Assembly: GCA_963792965.1 (NCBI GenBank)
Contig: CAWBYW010000007.1
Location: 544,001 to 608,000 of the forward strand
Direction of reading: 5' to 3'
DNA: 64,000 nt
DNA from: an uncultured delta proteobacterium
GTDB lineage: Bacteria; Desulfobacterota; Zymogenia; Zymogenales; Zymogenaceae
The position numbers were made by a program, and so were the translations under genes. The stretch's first letter is position 1, and every line of letters starts with the position of its first letter. Under the pieces are notes generated by a model. The model worked only from the letters and a program-made list of their open reading frames with translations. It was not told the DNA's origin and did not search any database. Of this stretch, positions 35,746 through 48,272 are shown one piece after another.

Positions 35746-36907
35746 TTACTTGATCGGGTACTTCCCCTCCTCCTTCGCCGTCTCCAGCATGATCTTGATC
35801 TTGCTCACGTCCATGTCCGGGTGGTCGTGGACGGGGCCGATGATGAACCGCCCGCCGGGGCCGCAGAGCTTGATGAGCCGCCTCACCTCGTCCCGCACCT
35901 CCTCGGGCTTTGAGCGCGTGGTCAGGATGTAGTCGATCCCCACGCCGCCGACGATGGTGAATTTATCGCCGTGGACCTTCTTTTCGTGGGCGATATCGAC
36001 GGTGGAAGTGTTCTCGTAGGCGTGGCCGCCGTCAAACCCCCACTTGATGAAGAGGTCAAAGAGCTTCGTGTTGTCCCCGCAGGAGTGCAGCAGGATCTTC
36101 CCGCCCCGGTCGTGCACCGCCTTGCAGAGCCTCGTATAGATGGGCCCGAAGAGCTCGTCGACGACCGCCGGGTTCACCATCGGGCCGGTCTTGTAGGAAA
36201 AGTCGTCGCCTTTCAGAATCACCTTGATGCCCGCGTCCATCGCCGCCATATGGGTATCGAAGACGTATTTGTCGTTATAGGCGATGAGCTTCTTGAGATA
36301 GTCCGATCGTTTCTTGAGGTTTACCGACATGGACGGAAAACCCATCATCTGGATCAGCATCTCAAAGGCCCCGCTGGCGACGTCGCGCCATGAGGCAGAT
36401 CCTGTCGCCGTATCTCTTGAGGGCGTCCTTATAGAAGGTATAGGCCATCCGGGAGAGCTCCCCGATGTCCTGGTGGTAGGGCCATGCCTCGTAGGCCTCG
36501 GGCGTGGGGATGGCCGGGCCCCGGAACATGAAGTACATGTTTCCGTAGCCGTCGTCGACCCAGTCCATGTAGCAGCCGATCGTCTTGGCCAGGGTCTTGC
36601 TGTCCCAGACCATGATCGTGGCCTCGTAGCTTACCCAGTCGGAGTCAAAGCCGAGCTCGATGGCCGCCTCGATCCTCTTTCTGAACCCTCCCGCGGTGAA
36701 GGGGTCGGCAAGGATCTTCTTGAGGTGTTTTCCCCAGTGATCGGTGATGAAGCGGGAGAAGGGGTTCATGAAGATCGTCTTGGCCGAGACCAGCGGCTTT
36801 CCGAAGACCTGCTGGACGGGCCAGTCGTCGAGGCTTGCCGAAAAGGTCGGGATCCGGTCGACCGGCTTTCCCTCGATCTGCCTGAAGATGCGCTCGGTGG
36901 GGTCCAT
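35746..36907 (-). CDS. Uroporphyrinogen decarboxylase/MtaA-like family protein (paralog 1; indel near 36380)
   Basis: PVDRIPTF, GDDFSYKTGPMVNP, LHSCGD, GPGGRFIIG. Confidence 0.8.
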
Positions 36908-36938
36908 GATATGCGTTCCTTATTGCGTTCGATAAATA

Positions 36939-38108
36939 TTACGTCCTGATCGGATATTTCCCGTGCTCCCACACCGTCTCGAGCATGACCTTCACCTTTC
37001 CCATGTCCATGTCCGGGTGATCGTGGACGGGGCCGATGAGAAACCTCCCGCCGGGTCCGCAGGCCGAGAGCAGTTTTCTCGTCTCGGTCACCACTTCCTC
37101 GGGCTTTGGAGCGGGGCGTCAATAGGTAGTCCACCCCCACCCCGCCGACGATGGTGAAGCGGTCGCCGTGGATTTTCTTTTCGTTGAAGATGTCCACGTT
37201 GCTCGTGTTTTCATAGGCGTGGCCGCCGTCAAACCCCCATTTGATGAAGAGATCGAACATCTTCGTGTTGTCGCCGCACGAGTGCAAGCAGGATCCGCCC
37301 GCCCCGGTCGTGCACGGCCTTGGTGATGCGCCGGTACGACGGCCCGAAGAGCTCATCGGCAAGCATGGGGTTCATCATCGGCCCGGTCTTGAAGGCGAAG
37401 TCGTCTCCGTCGAATATCACCTTTACCCCCGCGTCCATCATCGCCATGTTCGTCCTCATGACGAGCGCCTCGAGATAGGCGATGAATTTGCCCACCATCT
37501 CCGGCTCCTTCCTGATGAAGACCGGCATCCGCTCGAACCCGAATGACCAGAGGAGCGTCTCGTGGATGCCGAAGGCCGACTGTCCGAGGATGCAGATCTT
37601 ATCCCCGTGTTTTGCGACGCAGGCGCTTGAAAAAGCCGTGGGTCTCGTGGGCCAGGTCGTCGAGGTCCGGGAAGTGGGGCCAGTCGTAGTAGTCTTTGGG
37701 TGACCGAAAACCCGGCCCTCGGTACATGTACCAGGCGTTGCCGTGCCCGTCATTCACGATGTCGTAAAACGACCCGGTCACGCGCGCCATCTTGGTGCCG
37801 TCCCAAAGCATCAGCATCCGCTCAAAGAGGCCCACAACCGAGTCGAAACCAAGCGTCACCGCGGCGCGGACGCTCTTTTCCATCATGACGTCCATAATCG
37901 GGTAAAGCAGCAGCCCCGACATCCTCTTCCCCCACCGGTCCATGACAAAGCGGGTGACGGGGTTCATCATGAGGGCGGCGGAGCCGAACTTCTCTTTGCC
38001 GAGCACCTGCTGAACCGGCCAGTAGTCGAGATAGTAGGAAAAGGTCGGGACCCGGTCGATTTCCTTGCCGTCGATAGCGGAGATAACTCTCTGGGTGGGA
38101 TCCATCAT
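36939..38108 (-). CDS. Uroporphyrinogen decarboxylase/MtaA-like family protein (paralog 2; about 3 indels)
   Basis: IDRVPTF, GDDFAFKTGPMMNP, LHSCGD, GGHAYEN; C-terminal GKYP shared with paralog 1. Confidence 0.78.
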
Positions 38109-38203
38109 GACCGTCGCTCCTTTATCTGATAATAAGAGGGGATGGCGCGACTTATTATAGGGGAAGCGATCGAAATTTCAAAATAAATTCTCTTGCCTTC
38201 TCA

Positions 38204-39088
38204 CTATTTTTCTAAGACGGAAAAATAGTGCTCGAAAAACCGCTCAGGGGCGACGTCCACGGCGACTTCGTGCCTGCCCTTCGGGTCCGGGAGCCAGAAG
38301 CTCATACCCTTTACCCAGTCGCTTTTCGTCTCGACGTCTATGACGTTGCCGGTCTCAAATCGGCAGATCGTATCGTCAAAAATCGTTGTGGCCGCCAGCG
38401 GGTCGTGAAACGTGATGACGTCCCTCCCCGTAAACCACACCTTGGCAAAATCGAGCACCGGCCGAAGGAGCGGCGCCGCGAATCGCTCCCTGACCTTCCC
38501 CGCATCCATCGTGACCTTCGTCGTGACGTCAAGCCCGATGATCCGGTGCGAGCCCACGGGGGTCTTGAAGACGATCGCCGCCGCGTGGGGGTCGAGCACC
38601 ATGTTCCATTCCACCGGGGGGAGCCCGGGAATCCGGTTGGTGAAGACCCCCGCCATCGAGACGATCCCCTTGAGCATCGCGGGTATCTCGGGATCGACGA
38701 GAAACAGCAACGCGACGTTGGTAAGGGGCCCGATCGTCAAGAGCGTGATCTGCCCGGGATGGGCCCGGATCGTCTTTCTCATGAACTCGACCGCCTCCCC
38801 TGCGGGGAACTCCGTGTCGTGTTTCCGGTCGCCCAGCATCGCCGCCTGGGGGGCCGTCGTCTGGACGGGGGCGACCATGAGCGGCATCTCCGCGCCGGGA
38901 TAGATCGGGATATTCTTTCCGGCGACCTTCGTGAGCGCCGAGGCCATCATGGCGCGCTTTGTGGCCTCCCCGGTCACCGTGGTGATGCCGAGAAGATCAC
39001 ACTCTTTGTTAGCCAGCAGATAGGCAAGACAGACGGCGTCGTCGATGTCGCTTCCGATGTCGGTGTCAAGGAGAATCTTTACGGACAT
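38204..39088 (-). CDS. Nucleoside hydrolase (IU-NH family)
   Basis: DTDIGSDIDD, IGPLTNVA, EWN..DP, GLDVT, FHDPL. Confidence 0.92.
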   Translation of the reverse strand: MSVKILLDTDIGSDIDDAVCLAYLLANKECDLLGITTVTGEATKRAMMASALTKVAGKNIPIYPGAEMPLMVAPVQTTAPQAAMLGDRKHDTEFPAGEAVEFMRKTIRAHPGQITLLTIGPLTNVALLFLVDPEIPAMLKGIVSMAGVFTNRIPGLPPVEWNMVLDPHAAAIVFKTPVGSHRIIGLDVTTKVTMDAGKVRERFAAPLLRPVLDFAKVWFTGRDVITFHDPLAATTIFDDTICRFETGNVIDVETKSDWVKGMSFWLPDPKGRHEVAVDVAPERFFEHYFSVLEK

Positions 39089-39159
39089 GGCCACCTCGTT
39101 CTTTTGCACTCGGGGATAGCACCACATATCCCGGAAAGCCTTTCACCCCTCTCGAATCC

Positions 39160-40132
39160 TCACTTCCCGCTGCCGCCGGAGAGTTCCTCCCTTCGGACGG
39201 GCTGGATGCCGAGCCGATAATACTGAAGCGTTCCGGCCTCCACCGCCAGACGCGCGGCTTTGCCGATCTCCATCCCCTCGGCGATGAGCGCGGCCAGCAC
39301 GGCTGTCGTCTGGTCGCCGCAGCCGGTCTCGTCACGGTCCGTCCCCCCGTCTGCCTCCGGTACGGCGATATGGAGGGATTGCGTGTCCGTGAAGAGGTAG
39401 GCGCCGCGCGCCCCGTGGGTAATCATGACGTTCTTGATGCCGCGCCGGCGGAAGAACTCGGCGGCGCGCCCTGCCGCCTCAAGACCGTCCACGGTCACGC
39501 CGGTGATGAGGCGCGCCTCGTGCTCGTTGGGCTTGACAAGGAAGACCCTCTCATCGAGAAAATCGATGATATCCTCCGGCCCCCGTAATGCCGCCGGGAT
39601 CGATGACGACCTTGACGCCAGACGCGTGGGCCTTCCCGAGCGCGGAGGCGGCCGTTTCCCTCGGGATCTCCATGGCCATGACGAGCACCGCCCCACCTTT
39701 TGAGAAGAGTTTTTCAGCGGCCCCGATGTGTGCGGGCGAAAGGCTCTCGTTGACGCCCGGCAGGACATAGATCTGGTTATTGCCGTTTTTGTCGACCGGT
39801 ATCAGGGCGACGCCGGGAAACCGGGGGTTTTTCGGATCGAACGGGAGGATGTCGACGAAATCGGTCACGACGCCGGAATTCACGAGGGCATCATACGGGA
39901 TCCGCCAGAGCCCAAGGGGGTCCCTGACCGTGATCCCGATCATGGCGACCCGTCTCTTGCCGAGGAAGACCGACGCCATCTGGGCAATGTTCCTTGATTT
40001 TCCTCCCGGGCCGATCTTGAGCGTCCCACCGTAGGAAAGCTCTCCCTTCCCTATGATGCGGTCTACCCCAACTCCGATGATATCGGTATTGAGGCCTCCG
40101 GGGACGATGACGGCGATGTCGTGAATATTCAT
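39160..40132 (-). CDS. PfkB-family carbohydrate kinase (ribokinase-like; indel near 39600)
   Basis: GGLNTD, GPGGKSRN, KPNEHEA, THGARG, DETGCGD. Confidence 0.85.
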
Positions 40133-40242
40133 GGCACAGAGCCCGGGGCCGCCGGGCCGTCTTCTCCACGTGCCGTAGTCCCCTGCTCTCGGGTCCGTGG
40201 GGACACGAACCACGGACGGGCGGACGACGGGTGACGCGCCGG

Positions 40243-40827
40243 CTACCTCTTGCTGAGCACGAAGAGGCAGGTTGTGTGCCCCATGGCCTTGCACTGCTCT
40301 TCAATCACCTGGTACTTCCCCTTTCCGAAGGAGAAGTCCGCCATGCACTGGAGCCCCCCGGCGTATTGTGAACAGAAGGGTTTCCCGCTCTTGACTCCCT
40401 CGCAGGTCAGGCAGTCGAAGACGTCCAGCGTCGGCAGTCCTTTCTCGTCGATGATGACCCTTCCCTTGTTAAGGACTGATTGGGAGAACTCGAAGCACTT
40501 CTTGATCTTCTCTTCGGCAGCGAGTTCATTGAGTGAGTCCAGGACGTGGTACCTCACCACGGCCGTCTCGACGTTCTTATACCCCATCTGCCTCAGTATT
40601 CCCTGGCTCCCCACCGCCCCCACGAGCTTGATCGTCTCGCGGTAGATAGCGGCCTGCTCGAGGTTTGTAAAGAGACGGTCGAAGGTATAGTCGGGCGGCG
40701 TGTCGAGGATGCGCTCCAGGCCGGCGTTGGTGAGGATCATTTTTCGGGCGTTTTCGCCCATGACCTCGCCGAGGCTGTCAAAAGCCGCCCGGACCGCCAT
40801 GCTCGTAACGGTTTTCTCTTCTTCCAT
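40243..40827 (-). CDS. Stand-alone V4R (4-vinyl reductase) domain protein
   Basis: CLTC..PFC..E.QCKAMG..CLF cysteine pattern. Confidence 0.75.
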   Translation of the reverse strand: MEEEKTVTSMAVRAAFDSLGEVMGENARKMILTNAGLERILDTPPDYTFDRLFTNLEQAAIYRETIKLVGAVGSQGILRQMGYKNVETAVVRYHVLDSLNELAAEEKIKKCFEFSQSVLNKGRVIIDEKGLPTLDVFDCLTCEGVKSGKPFCSQYAGGLQCMADFSFGKGKYQVIEEQCKAMGHTTCLFVLSKR

Positions 40828-40926
40828 TAACCCTTCTCCAATACTTAAGTAAGAGCGCGGTGATTTGACCGGATGTGTATGCTATCTGTCCGATTACAAA
40901 TATTGTGAGAAGGAATCGTTCCCCTT

Positions 40927-41325
40927 CTATACGCAGACCGCCACAATTGCGCCCATGACTATAAAGGCGACGAGATAGTATCCGACATTTATCAGATAAA
41001 GTAAGAACGATTTTCCTTCCCACAGGAAGGTGCCGATGTTCACGGTGGCCACAAACCCCAGCCAGATAAAGGCGCCGACCTCCGCGCCGGAAAGAGGGGT
41101 CGTTGCGCCGGCGATGTCGACGGCTATGGAAAGGGCATAGCTCATCACGATCGTCGAGATGAAACCGATGATGTAGCCTCGTACGGCCCCCTTCGGGTTG
41201 GTGATCCCCGAAAGCCTCATCCAGATCTTCCCGAAGGCAAGCGGGGAAAACCAGAAAGCCCCGATCACCATGGCAGCCGCAGCAGCAATGAGGGTCGCCC
41301 AGTGGTTGATGCAAATACCGGACAT
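40927..41325 (-). CDS. DUF1761 family membrane protein
   Basis: IGAFWFSPLAFGKIWMRLSG, LINVGY. Confidence 0.8.
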   Translation of the reverse strand: MSGICINHWATLIAAAAAMVIGAFWFSPLAFGKIWMRLSGITNPKGAVRGYIIGFISTIVMSYALSIAVDIAGATTPLSGAEVGAFIWLGFVATVNIGTFLWEGKSFLLYLINVGYYLVAFIVMGAIVAVCV

Positions 41326-41534
41326 ATGAACCTCCCCATGAATTACCTGAATTGATCGGCACCGATAGGCTCAACGGCGGATGCTCGAACGACGCTGGCC
41401 TCGTTTTCCGTTATCCCTTCGTCTCGTACTCCCTACAAACCATTGCACATGATAAATGAACCCGATATCCTGACAATCTCGGGAAATGGCTCATTTCCCC
41501 TGCCGTCCTCTCAGAGACGGCGCGGCCGGACGTG

Positions 41535-42071
41535 CTACCGCGTGAGTTGTTTCTCCAGGACGCGGAAGAGAATCGGCGTCAGGACGCCCGCAACCACCGC
41601 CGATATGCCCGCCTGCGCGAGGTTAAAGGGAAATTCTGCGAGCGGCGGCGCCCAGTCGAGGCCGAATATGATATATTCCGCCCCGAAATAGCCGGCTACC
41701 ATCCAGGCGCCGGCCACGATAAAGGAGAGAAAAGACAAGAGGGCCCCCTTCCCCGACGTCAGGCTCGGCCTGACGGCCATGATGAGGAGGCCGGCGATAA
41801 GGCCTTCGAGCCCTTTGATCACAAGCGTCCAGGGAGCAAACTGCGCATATCCGCCGAGCACGTCGGCGACGGCCGATCCGATCCCTCCCGCGATCATACC
41901 AAAAAGCGGTCCGAAGAGGGCCGCCGCGATGAAGACGAGCGTGTCGCCGAGGTTGAAATAACCCGATGTAGCCGGAACCGGAACACGGATCGACATCGTC
42001 GCCACCACGATGAGCGCGGAAAAGAGGGCCAGGAAAGCCATTATTCGGGGAGTCAGGAATTTCTTTTTCAT
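41535..42071 (-). CDS. ECF transporter S component
   Basis: GYFNLGD, GGIGSAVAD, PWTLVIKGLEG, NLAQ. Confidence 0.88.
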   Translation of the reverse strand: MKKKFLTPRIMAFLALFSALIVVATMSIRVPVPATSGYFNLGDTLVFIAAALFGPLFGMIAGGIGSAVADVLGGYAQFAPWTLVIKGLEGLIAGLLIMAVRPSLTSGKGALLSFLSFIVAGAWMVAGYFGAEYIIFGLDWAPPLAEFPFNLAQAGISAVVAGVLTPILFRVLEKQLTR

Positions 42072-42235
42072 GAATAGACCTTTCAGGAGGTAACAGTGAA
42101 ATGGTGTGCTCGTCGGTCAAAGGCGATTTTGATTATAGATATAAAAAATACAAAAGACAATAAAAAAGGACGGGACCTCCCGCCGGTCTCGGGCGGGGAC
42201 GCAGGAGCTTACGGGCCCGGCGCCGCGTGTGGGCC

Positions 42236-42469
42236 CTAATCGTAGCCCCGTTCTTTCTCCACGACCCGGATGGCGATCAGGCCGATATAGAGCTCCTTTA
42301 TCTCCGCCAGCGATACCACCTTCAGCGAATTGCGGAGACCGATCCCCCTGACCACCTGCTCCTTGAGCATACAGATATCCGTGGGGCCGAAGGCGGCCAG
42401 CTCATCGACTTTCGTGAGGATTTCCTTGTGATTGACTTTGATGAAGTTCTTGAGATTCTGCGTCTTCAT
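42236..42469 (-). CDS. Hypothetical protein
   Basis: 77-aa ORF with RBS GGAG and host-like codon use; no motif recognised. Confidence 0.55.
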   Translation of the reverse strand: MKTQNLKNFIKVNHKEILTKVDELAAFGPTDICMLKEQVVRGIGLRNSLKVVSLAEIKELYIGLIAIRVVEKERGYD

Positions 42470-42598
42470 GCGTGGGCTCCGTTTTTTAATATACCACCTA
42501 TCTCAGGCCAAATCAATGGCAAATGGCGGACGCGTGCCGTCGCCGAGGTCGGAGCAAAAGGCTTGAAAAGCCGTCGCCTTTCTGATACCCTTATTGTC

Positions 42599-44573
42599 AT
42601 GAAGAAATACACCCTGAAAAAGACCGAGACAACAGGCGTTCCTTCTTTCACCATACCCTATGAACAAGAGCTTAACCCGAGCCAGCTTTCCGCCGTCACG
42701 TTCAGTGAGGGTCCGTCCCTCGTCATCGCCGGGGCGGGCAGCGGCAAGACGCGGACCCTCGTTTACCGGGTGCGCGTACCTCATCGAAAAGGGGATTCCC
42801 CCCTCCTCCATCCTCCTGTTGACCTTTACCCGCAAGGCCGCCCGCGAGATGCTCGACCGCGCGGCCAGGGCTCGTCGGGTCGAGCACCGAAAAGGTGGCC
42901 GGCGGCACCTTTCACTCGTTTGCCTCCCAGATACTGCGGGAGTTCGCCGGGGCGATCGGCTTTTCCGCCTCATTCTCTATCCTCGATCGGCCCGATTCCG
43001 AGGACATCATCAACCTTATCCGCGGGCGTATGGGGCTCAATGAAAAGGAGCGGCGCTTCCCCAAGAAGGAGACGATCGGGGAGCTCTTCAGCAAGGCCGT
43101 CAACCGCGCCGTTCCCGTCAGCTCCATCGTGGAGGCCGAATATCCCCACTTCGCCCACGAGACCGAGAAGCTCCTGGAGATCCTGGCGGCCTATACCGTA
43201 GTATAAGCAAGACCACATGCTCATGGACTACGACGACCTGTTGGTCTGGCTCGTAAGGCTGCTTACCGAGCACGAGGGGATCAGGGAGGCGCTCAGGAAG
43301 CGCTTCCGGTATATCCTCGTCGATGAATACCAGGACACCAACGGGCTCCAGGCCCGGATCGTCGAGCTCCTCGCGGGGAGCCCACCCAACGTCATGGCGG
43401 TAGGAGACGATTCCCAGAGCATCTACTCTTTTCGGGGCGCCCACTTCAAGAACATCATGGACTTCCCGAGCCTCTTTCCCAACACGAAGATCATCATGCT
43501 CGAGGAAAACTACCGGAGCACGCAGTCGATCCTCAACCTGGCAAACGTCATCATCGACCGCGCCCGGGAGAAATACACGAAGATTCTCTGGACGAAAAAG
43601 GGAGCCGGTTCCCTGCCCGCCCTCGTGCCGGTGCCCGATGAGTCGGCACAGTCGCGGTTCGTCGCCCAGCGAATCCTCGAGCTACGCGAAGAGGGCGTGC
43701 CGCTCAACGAGATTTGCGTGTTGTTCCGTGCGGGCTTCAACTCTTTCGATCTCGAGATCGAGCTGAAAAAGCGAAACATCCCTTTTGTCAAACACGGCGG
43801 CTTCAAGTTCATGGAGACCGCCCACGTCAAGGACATCGTCGCGCACATCAGGCTCATCGTCAATCCGAGGGATATCGTGGGCCTGAAAAGGGTGCTCCTT
43901 CTGGTGAACAACGTCGGTCCGCGCGCCGAGGAGGCCATCACGTCGTCGGTCCTGGCGGCGCCCATCGATCGTCGAGGGGCTCTCCCCGTTTGCGTCCGAC
44001 CGGCGCTTCGGCGAGGGCATCGGGCGTCTGATCCGGGTGCTCGAGCCCTTTCAGGACGAGAAGGTCAACCCCGCCGAGGCGACCGAGCGGCTCATCGACT
44101 ACTACACCCCCATCGCCAAGAAAAGGTTCGACGACTACCCCAAGCGCATCGAGGATCTCGAGCATCTGGCGATCATCGCCCGGAAATACCGGACGGTCGA
44201 TTCGTTCCTGACCGACATGGCCCTCGAGCCGCCCACCGACAGCATCTCCGATATCGTTCGAGAGGACCCCGATCGCGAGTGGCTAGTCCTCTCCACGATC
44301 CACTCGGCAAAGGGACTGGAGTGGCACTCCGTCTTCATCATCTGGGCCGCCGAGGGATATTTCCCCACGACGTACGCCGCCGAATCGGTAGACGACCTCG
44401 AGGAGGAGCTGCGTCTCATGTACGTGGCGACGACCCGGGCAAAGGAGAATCTCGTCATCACCTACCCCATCAAGATCATGACGCACCGCGGGATCGCCTT
44501 TGCCCGCCCTTCCCGGTTCATCGAAGACATCGGGCAGGACATTATGGAAACCTGGCTTGTCGAGGAAGAGTGA
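42599..44573 (+). CDS. UvrD/PcrA-family ATP-dependent DNA helicase (split by several indels)
   Basis: [64 protein letters not shown] in successive frames. Confidence 0.9.
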
Positions 44574-44642
44574 CGGGAAGGGCGAGCTCTTCCGCTTCGC
44601 TACCAATCCCGTCCCCTCTACCGATAGGTGGGAGATCAAACT

Positions 44643-46185
44643 ATGGATGAAAGCCTCTCTTCAAGACTGCCGAAAGTGACCGTTTCCGCCGCAGACCTTG
44701 TCACCCTTAAGACGCCCGCGCTTGTCCTCGGGATCTTCGAGAAGAGCGAGAAGCTTACCGGCGATGCACAGCGGCTGGATGCGGCGCTCGGCGGGAAGAA
44801 TACGTCGCCTCATCGACGCGGGCGATTTTTCGGGGAAAGAAGGCACAACGTCCCTCCTCTATACCGACGGCGCCGTACCTGCCGAGCGGATCTGTCTCGT
44901 GGGCCTCGGCAAAAGGGATCGGTTCGGCCCCGACCGCCTCAAGGCCGCTGCGGCCGTCGCCGTGCGCCGCCTTGCCGACCTCGGCGTCGAGTCGGTCGCC
45001 CTCCCGGCCGGTCTTGCCGCATCGACGGGCATCGATCCGTCCGACGCCGCGCGGGACGCGGTCTGCGGCGCGGCCCTCGGCGCCTATTCCTTCGATCTCC
45101 TCAAGGGAAACCACGAAAAGAAGAAAGGGATCCGACCAGATCACGGTCGTGGGAGACGCCGCGATCGCGAAAGGGGCGACGGAGGGCCGCATCATCGCCG
45201 ATGCGGTCTGGGTCGCGCGCGACCTCGACAATACGCCGGCCAACCTCATGACCCCCACGATACTCGCCGAGCGGGCGCGCGAGATCGCGATAAAAGAGCG
45301 GCCTCCAAGTTAGAGGTATACGGCAAGAAGGAGATCGAGGCGCTCAACATGGGGGCCCTCCTCGGCGTGGCCAGGGGGAGCAGCGAGCCCCCCGTCTTCA
45401 TCGTGGTGAAGTATCTCCCGAAGGGTAAGGAGAAGAGCCCCGTGGCGCTGGTAGGCAAGGGGATCACGTTTGACAGCGGCGGGATCTCGCTGAAGCCCCC
45501 CGAGAATATGGACAGGATGAAGACCGACATGAGCGGAGCGGCGGCGGTATTGTGCGCGGTCTCGGCCGCGGCGCGCCTGCGCCTTCCCATCGGGGTCGTG
45601 GGCGTGATACCCGCCACGGAGAATATGCCGGGCCCCGGCGCCACAAAGCCGGGCGACGTCCTGACCGCCATGAGCGGGACGACCATCGAGGTCATCTCGA
45701 CCGACGCGGAAGGAAGGCTGATCCTTGCCGACGCCATCACCTACGCAAAGAAATTCGGGCCGCGGGCCGTCGTGGACATCGCCACGCTGACGGGCTCGGC
45801 CGTCATCGCCCTCGGTGGGCGCGTGGCCGCCCTCTACTCGTCCGATAACGACCTCCTCGAAAAGATCAAAGAAGCCTCCCGGATTTCCGGCGAACAGGTC
45901 TGGCCGATGCCGCTTTTCGACCACTACTTCGAGAGGATCAAGGGGGACGTCGCCGATCTGAAAAACGCCGCCGGCCGCGATGGCGGGAGCATCACCGCCG
46001 CCGCGTTCCTGAAGACCTTTGCGGGCGACGAGATCCCGTGGGCGCACCTCGACATCGCGGGCACCGCCCGCGCCGAAAAGGGTTACGACTGGGTAGCGAA
46101 GGGCGCAACCGGCTGGGGAGTCATGACCTTCATCTTTCTCCTGTCGCTACTATGCCGAAAAGTAACGCACCTTCACATTAATTAA
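44643..46185 (+). CDS. pepA: Leucyl aminopeptidase (M17; indels in the N-terminal half)
   Basis: GKGITFDSGG, MKTDMSG, ENMP, TDAEGRLILAD, DIATLTG, WAHLDIAG. Confidence 0.92.
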
Positions 46186-46401
46186 TGATACTTTCCCTCC
46201 AAAAAGTGATTGACATTCACCTCCTTTTTCTCTATATAACGATATACGAAATATTCTCGTTTTCCGGCTCACCGGGTCCTTGCTGACGGCGTCTCTCGCC
46301 TGGATCGCGGACAGACGCGCCCAACCACGTTATCGCCGCCCCGTCGGCCACAGACGGCGGGGCGATCATCCATACACCTGATTATCTCAAGGGAGGATTT
46401 C

Positions 46402-48077
46402 ATGAAAGACAAGCTCTGGTTTAAATCCTATGTCCCCGGTGTGCCCAAGACCATCAACTTCGAAAAGACCCTGGTCACCGAGGCCCTCGCCCGGTCGGCG
46501 AAGAATTTCCCCAACAACACCGCCCTCAACTATATGGGGAACCGGATCACCTACAAGAAGCTCAACGACATGGTTAACCAGTTCGCCAGGGCGCTGGCCG
46601 ATCTCGGCGTCAAGAAAGGGGACAAGGTCGCCGTTTGCCTCCCGAACCTCCCGCAGACAATCATCAGCAACTTCGCGATCCTCAGGCTCGGGGCCGTCGC
46701 GGCCCAGAACAACCCGCTCTACACCGAGCGCGAGCTCGAATACCAGCTCAACGACTCGGACGCGAAGGTCGTCATCACGCTCACGCTCCTCGTCCCCCGG
46801 ATGCAGAAGATCGCCCCCAACACAAAAATAAAAAAGATCATCGGCTGCCACATCCACAGCTACCTCCCCTTCCCCAAGAAGCAGCTCTTTCCCTACGTCA
46901 AGAAGGCGATGTACAAGGAGATCGAAAAGGCCGACGGCCTCTATCTCTTCGAGGACCTGATCAGGAAGTACGACACGAAGCCCGTGCCGGAAGGCGGCAA
47001 ATGGGAGGAGCTTTCCACCCTCATCTACACCGGCGGCACGACAGGCGTCTCCAAGGGGGTCATGCTCTCCCACAAGAACATCAGCTGCAACGTCCAGCAG
47101 TTCATCGCCTGGTTCCCGAGCCTGAAGCCGGGCGGCGAGCGCCTCGTGGGGACGTTCCCGGTCTTCCACTCGGCGGGCTACACCGCCGTCCAGAACTACT
47201 TCACCTGGCAGGCATACGAGCATATCGTGATCCCGCGCCCCGACCCCAAGGCGATGATCGACCTCATCAAGAAATATAAGCCGACGTTTCTTGCCCGGCG
47301 CCCCGACGATCTTCGTGGGCCTTCTGAACGACCCCGAGTTCAGGAAGATGAACCTTTCATCGATCAAGGGGTTCTTCTCGGGCGCGGGCCCGCTCGCCGC
47401 GGACACCATCCGCGACCTCAAGGACCTGACCGGGGCGACGCTCTGCGAGGTCTACGGGCTCACCGAGACGACGCCGATCGCCACGGTCACGCCGTGGGGC
47501 GGCGTCATAAAGCCCGGCACGGTCGGCGTCCCGGTCCCGGAAACGGACATCAAGATCGTGGACGCGGAGACGGGCAAGAAGGAGATGAAGACGGGCCAGA
47601 CCGGCGAGATCGTCATCAAAGGCCCCCAGGTCATGATGGGCTACTACAAGAAGCCCGAGGACACGCAAGAAGGTCCTGGTCGACGGCTGGCTTTTCTCCG
47701 GGGACATCGGGATGTTCGACGACGACGGCTACCTGTCGGTCGTGGACCGCAAGAAGGACATGATCATCGCCGGCGGCTACAACATCTACCCCGTGGAGAT
47801 CGACAACATCCTCTTTTCGCACCCCAAGATACTGGAGGCCTGCACGATCGGCGTGGCCGACGCCTACCGGGGCGAGACGGTCAAGGCGTTCGTCGTCGTC
47901 AAGCCGGGCGAGACGCTGACCGAGGACGAGGTGAAGAAATTCTGCAAGGATAATCTCGCGGCCTACAAGGTGCCACGGTTCGTCGAGTTCATCCCCGAGC
48001 TCCCCAAGACCGCCGTTGGCAAGATATTGAGAAGGAAGCTGCGCGACATGGAGACGGCGAAGGCCGCCAAGAAGTAG
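46402..48077 (+). CDS. Long-chain fatty-acid--CoA ligase (2 indels)
   Basis: YTGGTTGVSKG, YGLTE, GPQVMMGY, DRKKDMII, LPKTAVGK. Confidence 0.92.
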
Positions 48078-48102
48078 TCGGACGGTTTGATGTGGATATA
48101 AC

Positions 48103-48140
48103 GAGGCGGGCGCCCTTTCGGGCGCCCGCCTTCTCTATTT
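48103..48140 (+). terminator. Intrinsic terminator
   Basis: AGGCGGGCGCCC-TTTC-GGGCGCCCGCCT followed by a T-rich tail. Confidence 0.7.
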
Positions 48141-48272
48141 CCCCGACCGTCGCCGGGGATTCTTTGTTACGTCATTGCGCCAGAAAGCACAACCCGGCAA
48201 TCCCTCTGTATGGCGTTGGGATAGCGAACCGCCTCCCTACGCACGCAATGACGTAAGGTCCGCCTCGGTTTC

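Noticed and set aside
42599-48077. Programmed frameshifting or true pseudogenes for the helicase, pepA and the ligase
   Set aside because: No consistent slippery sites, and breaks are scattered over many unrelated genes, favouring assembly error
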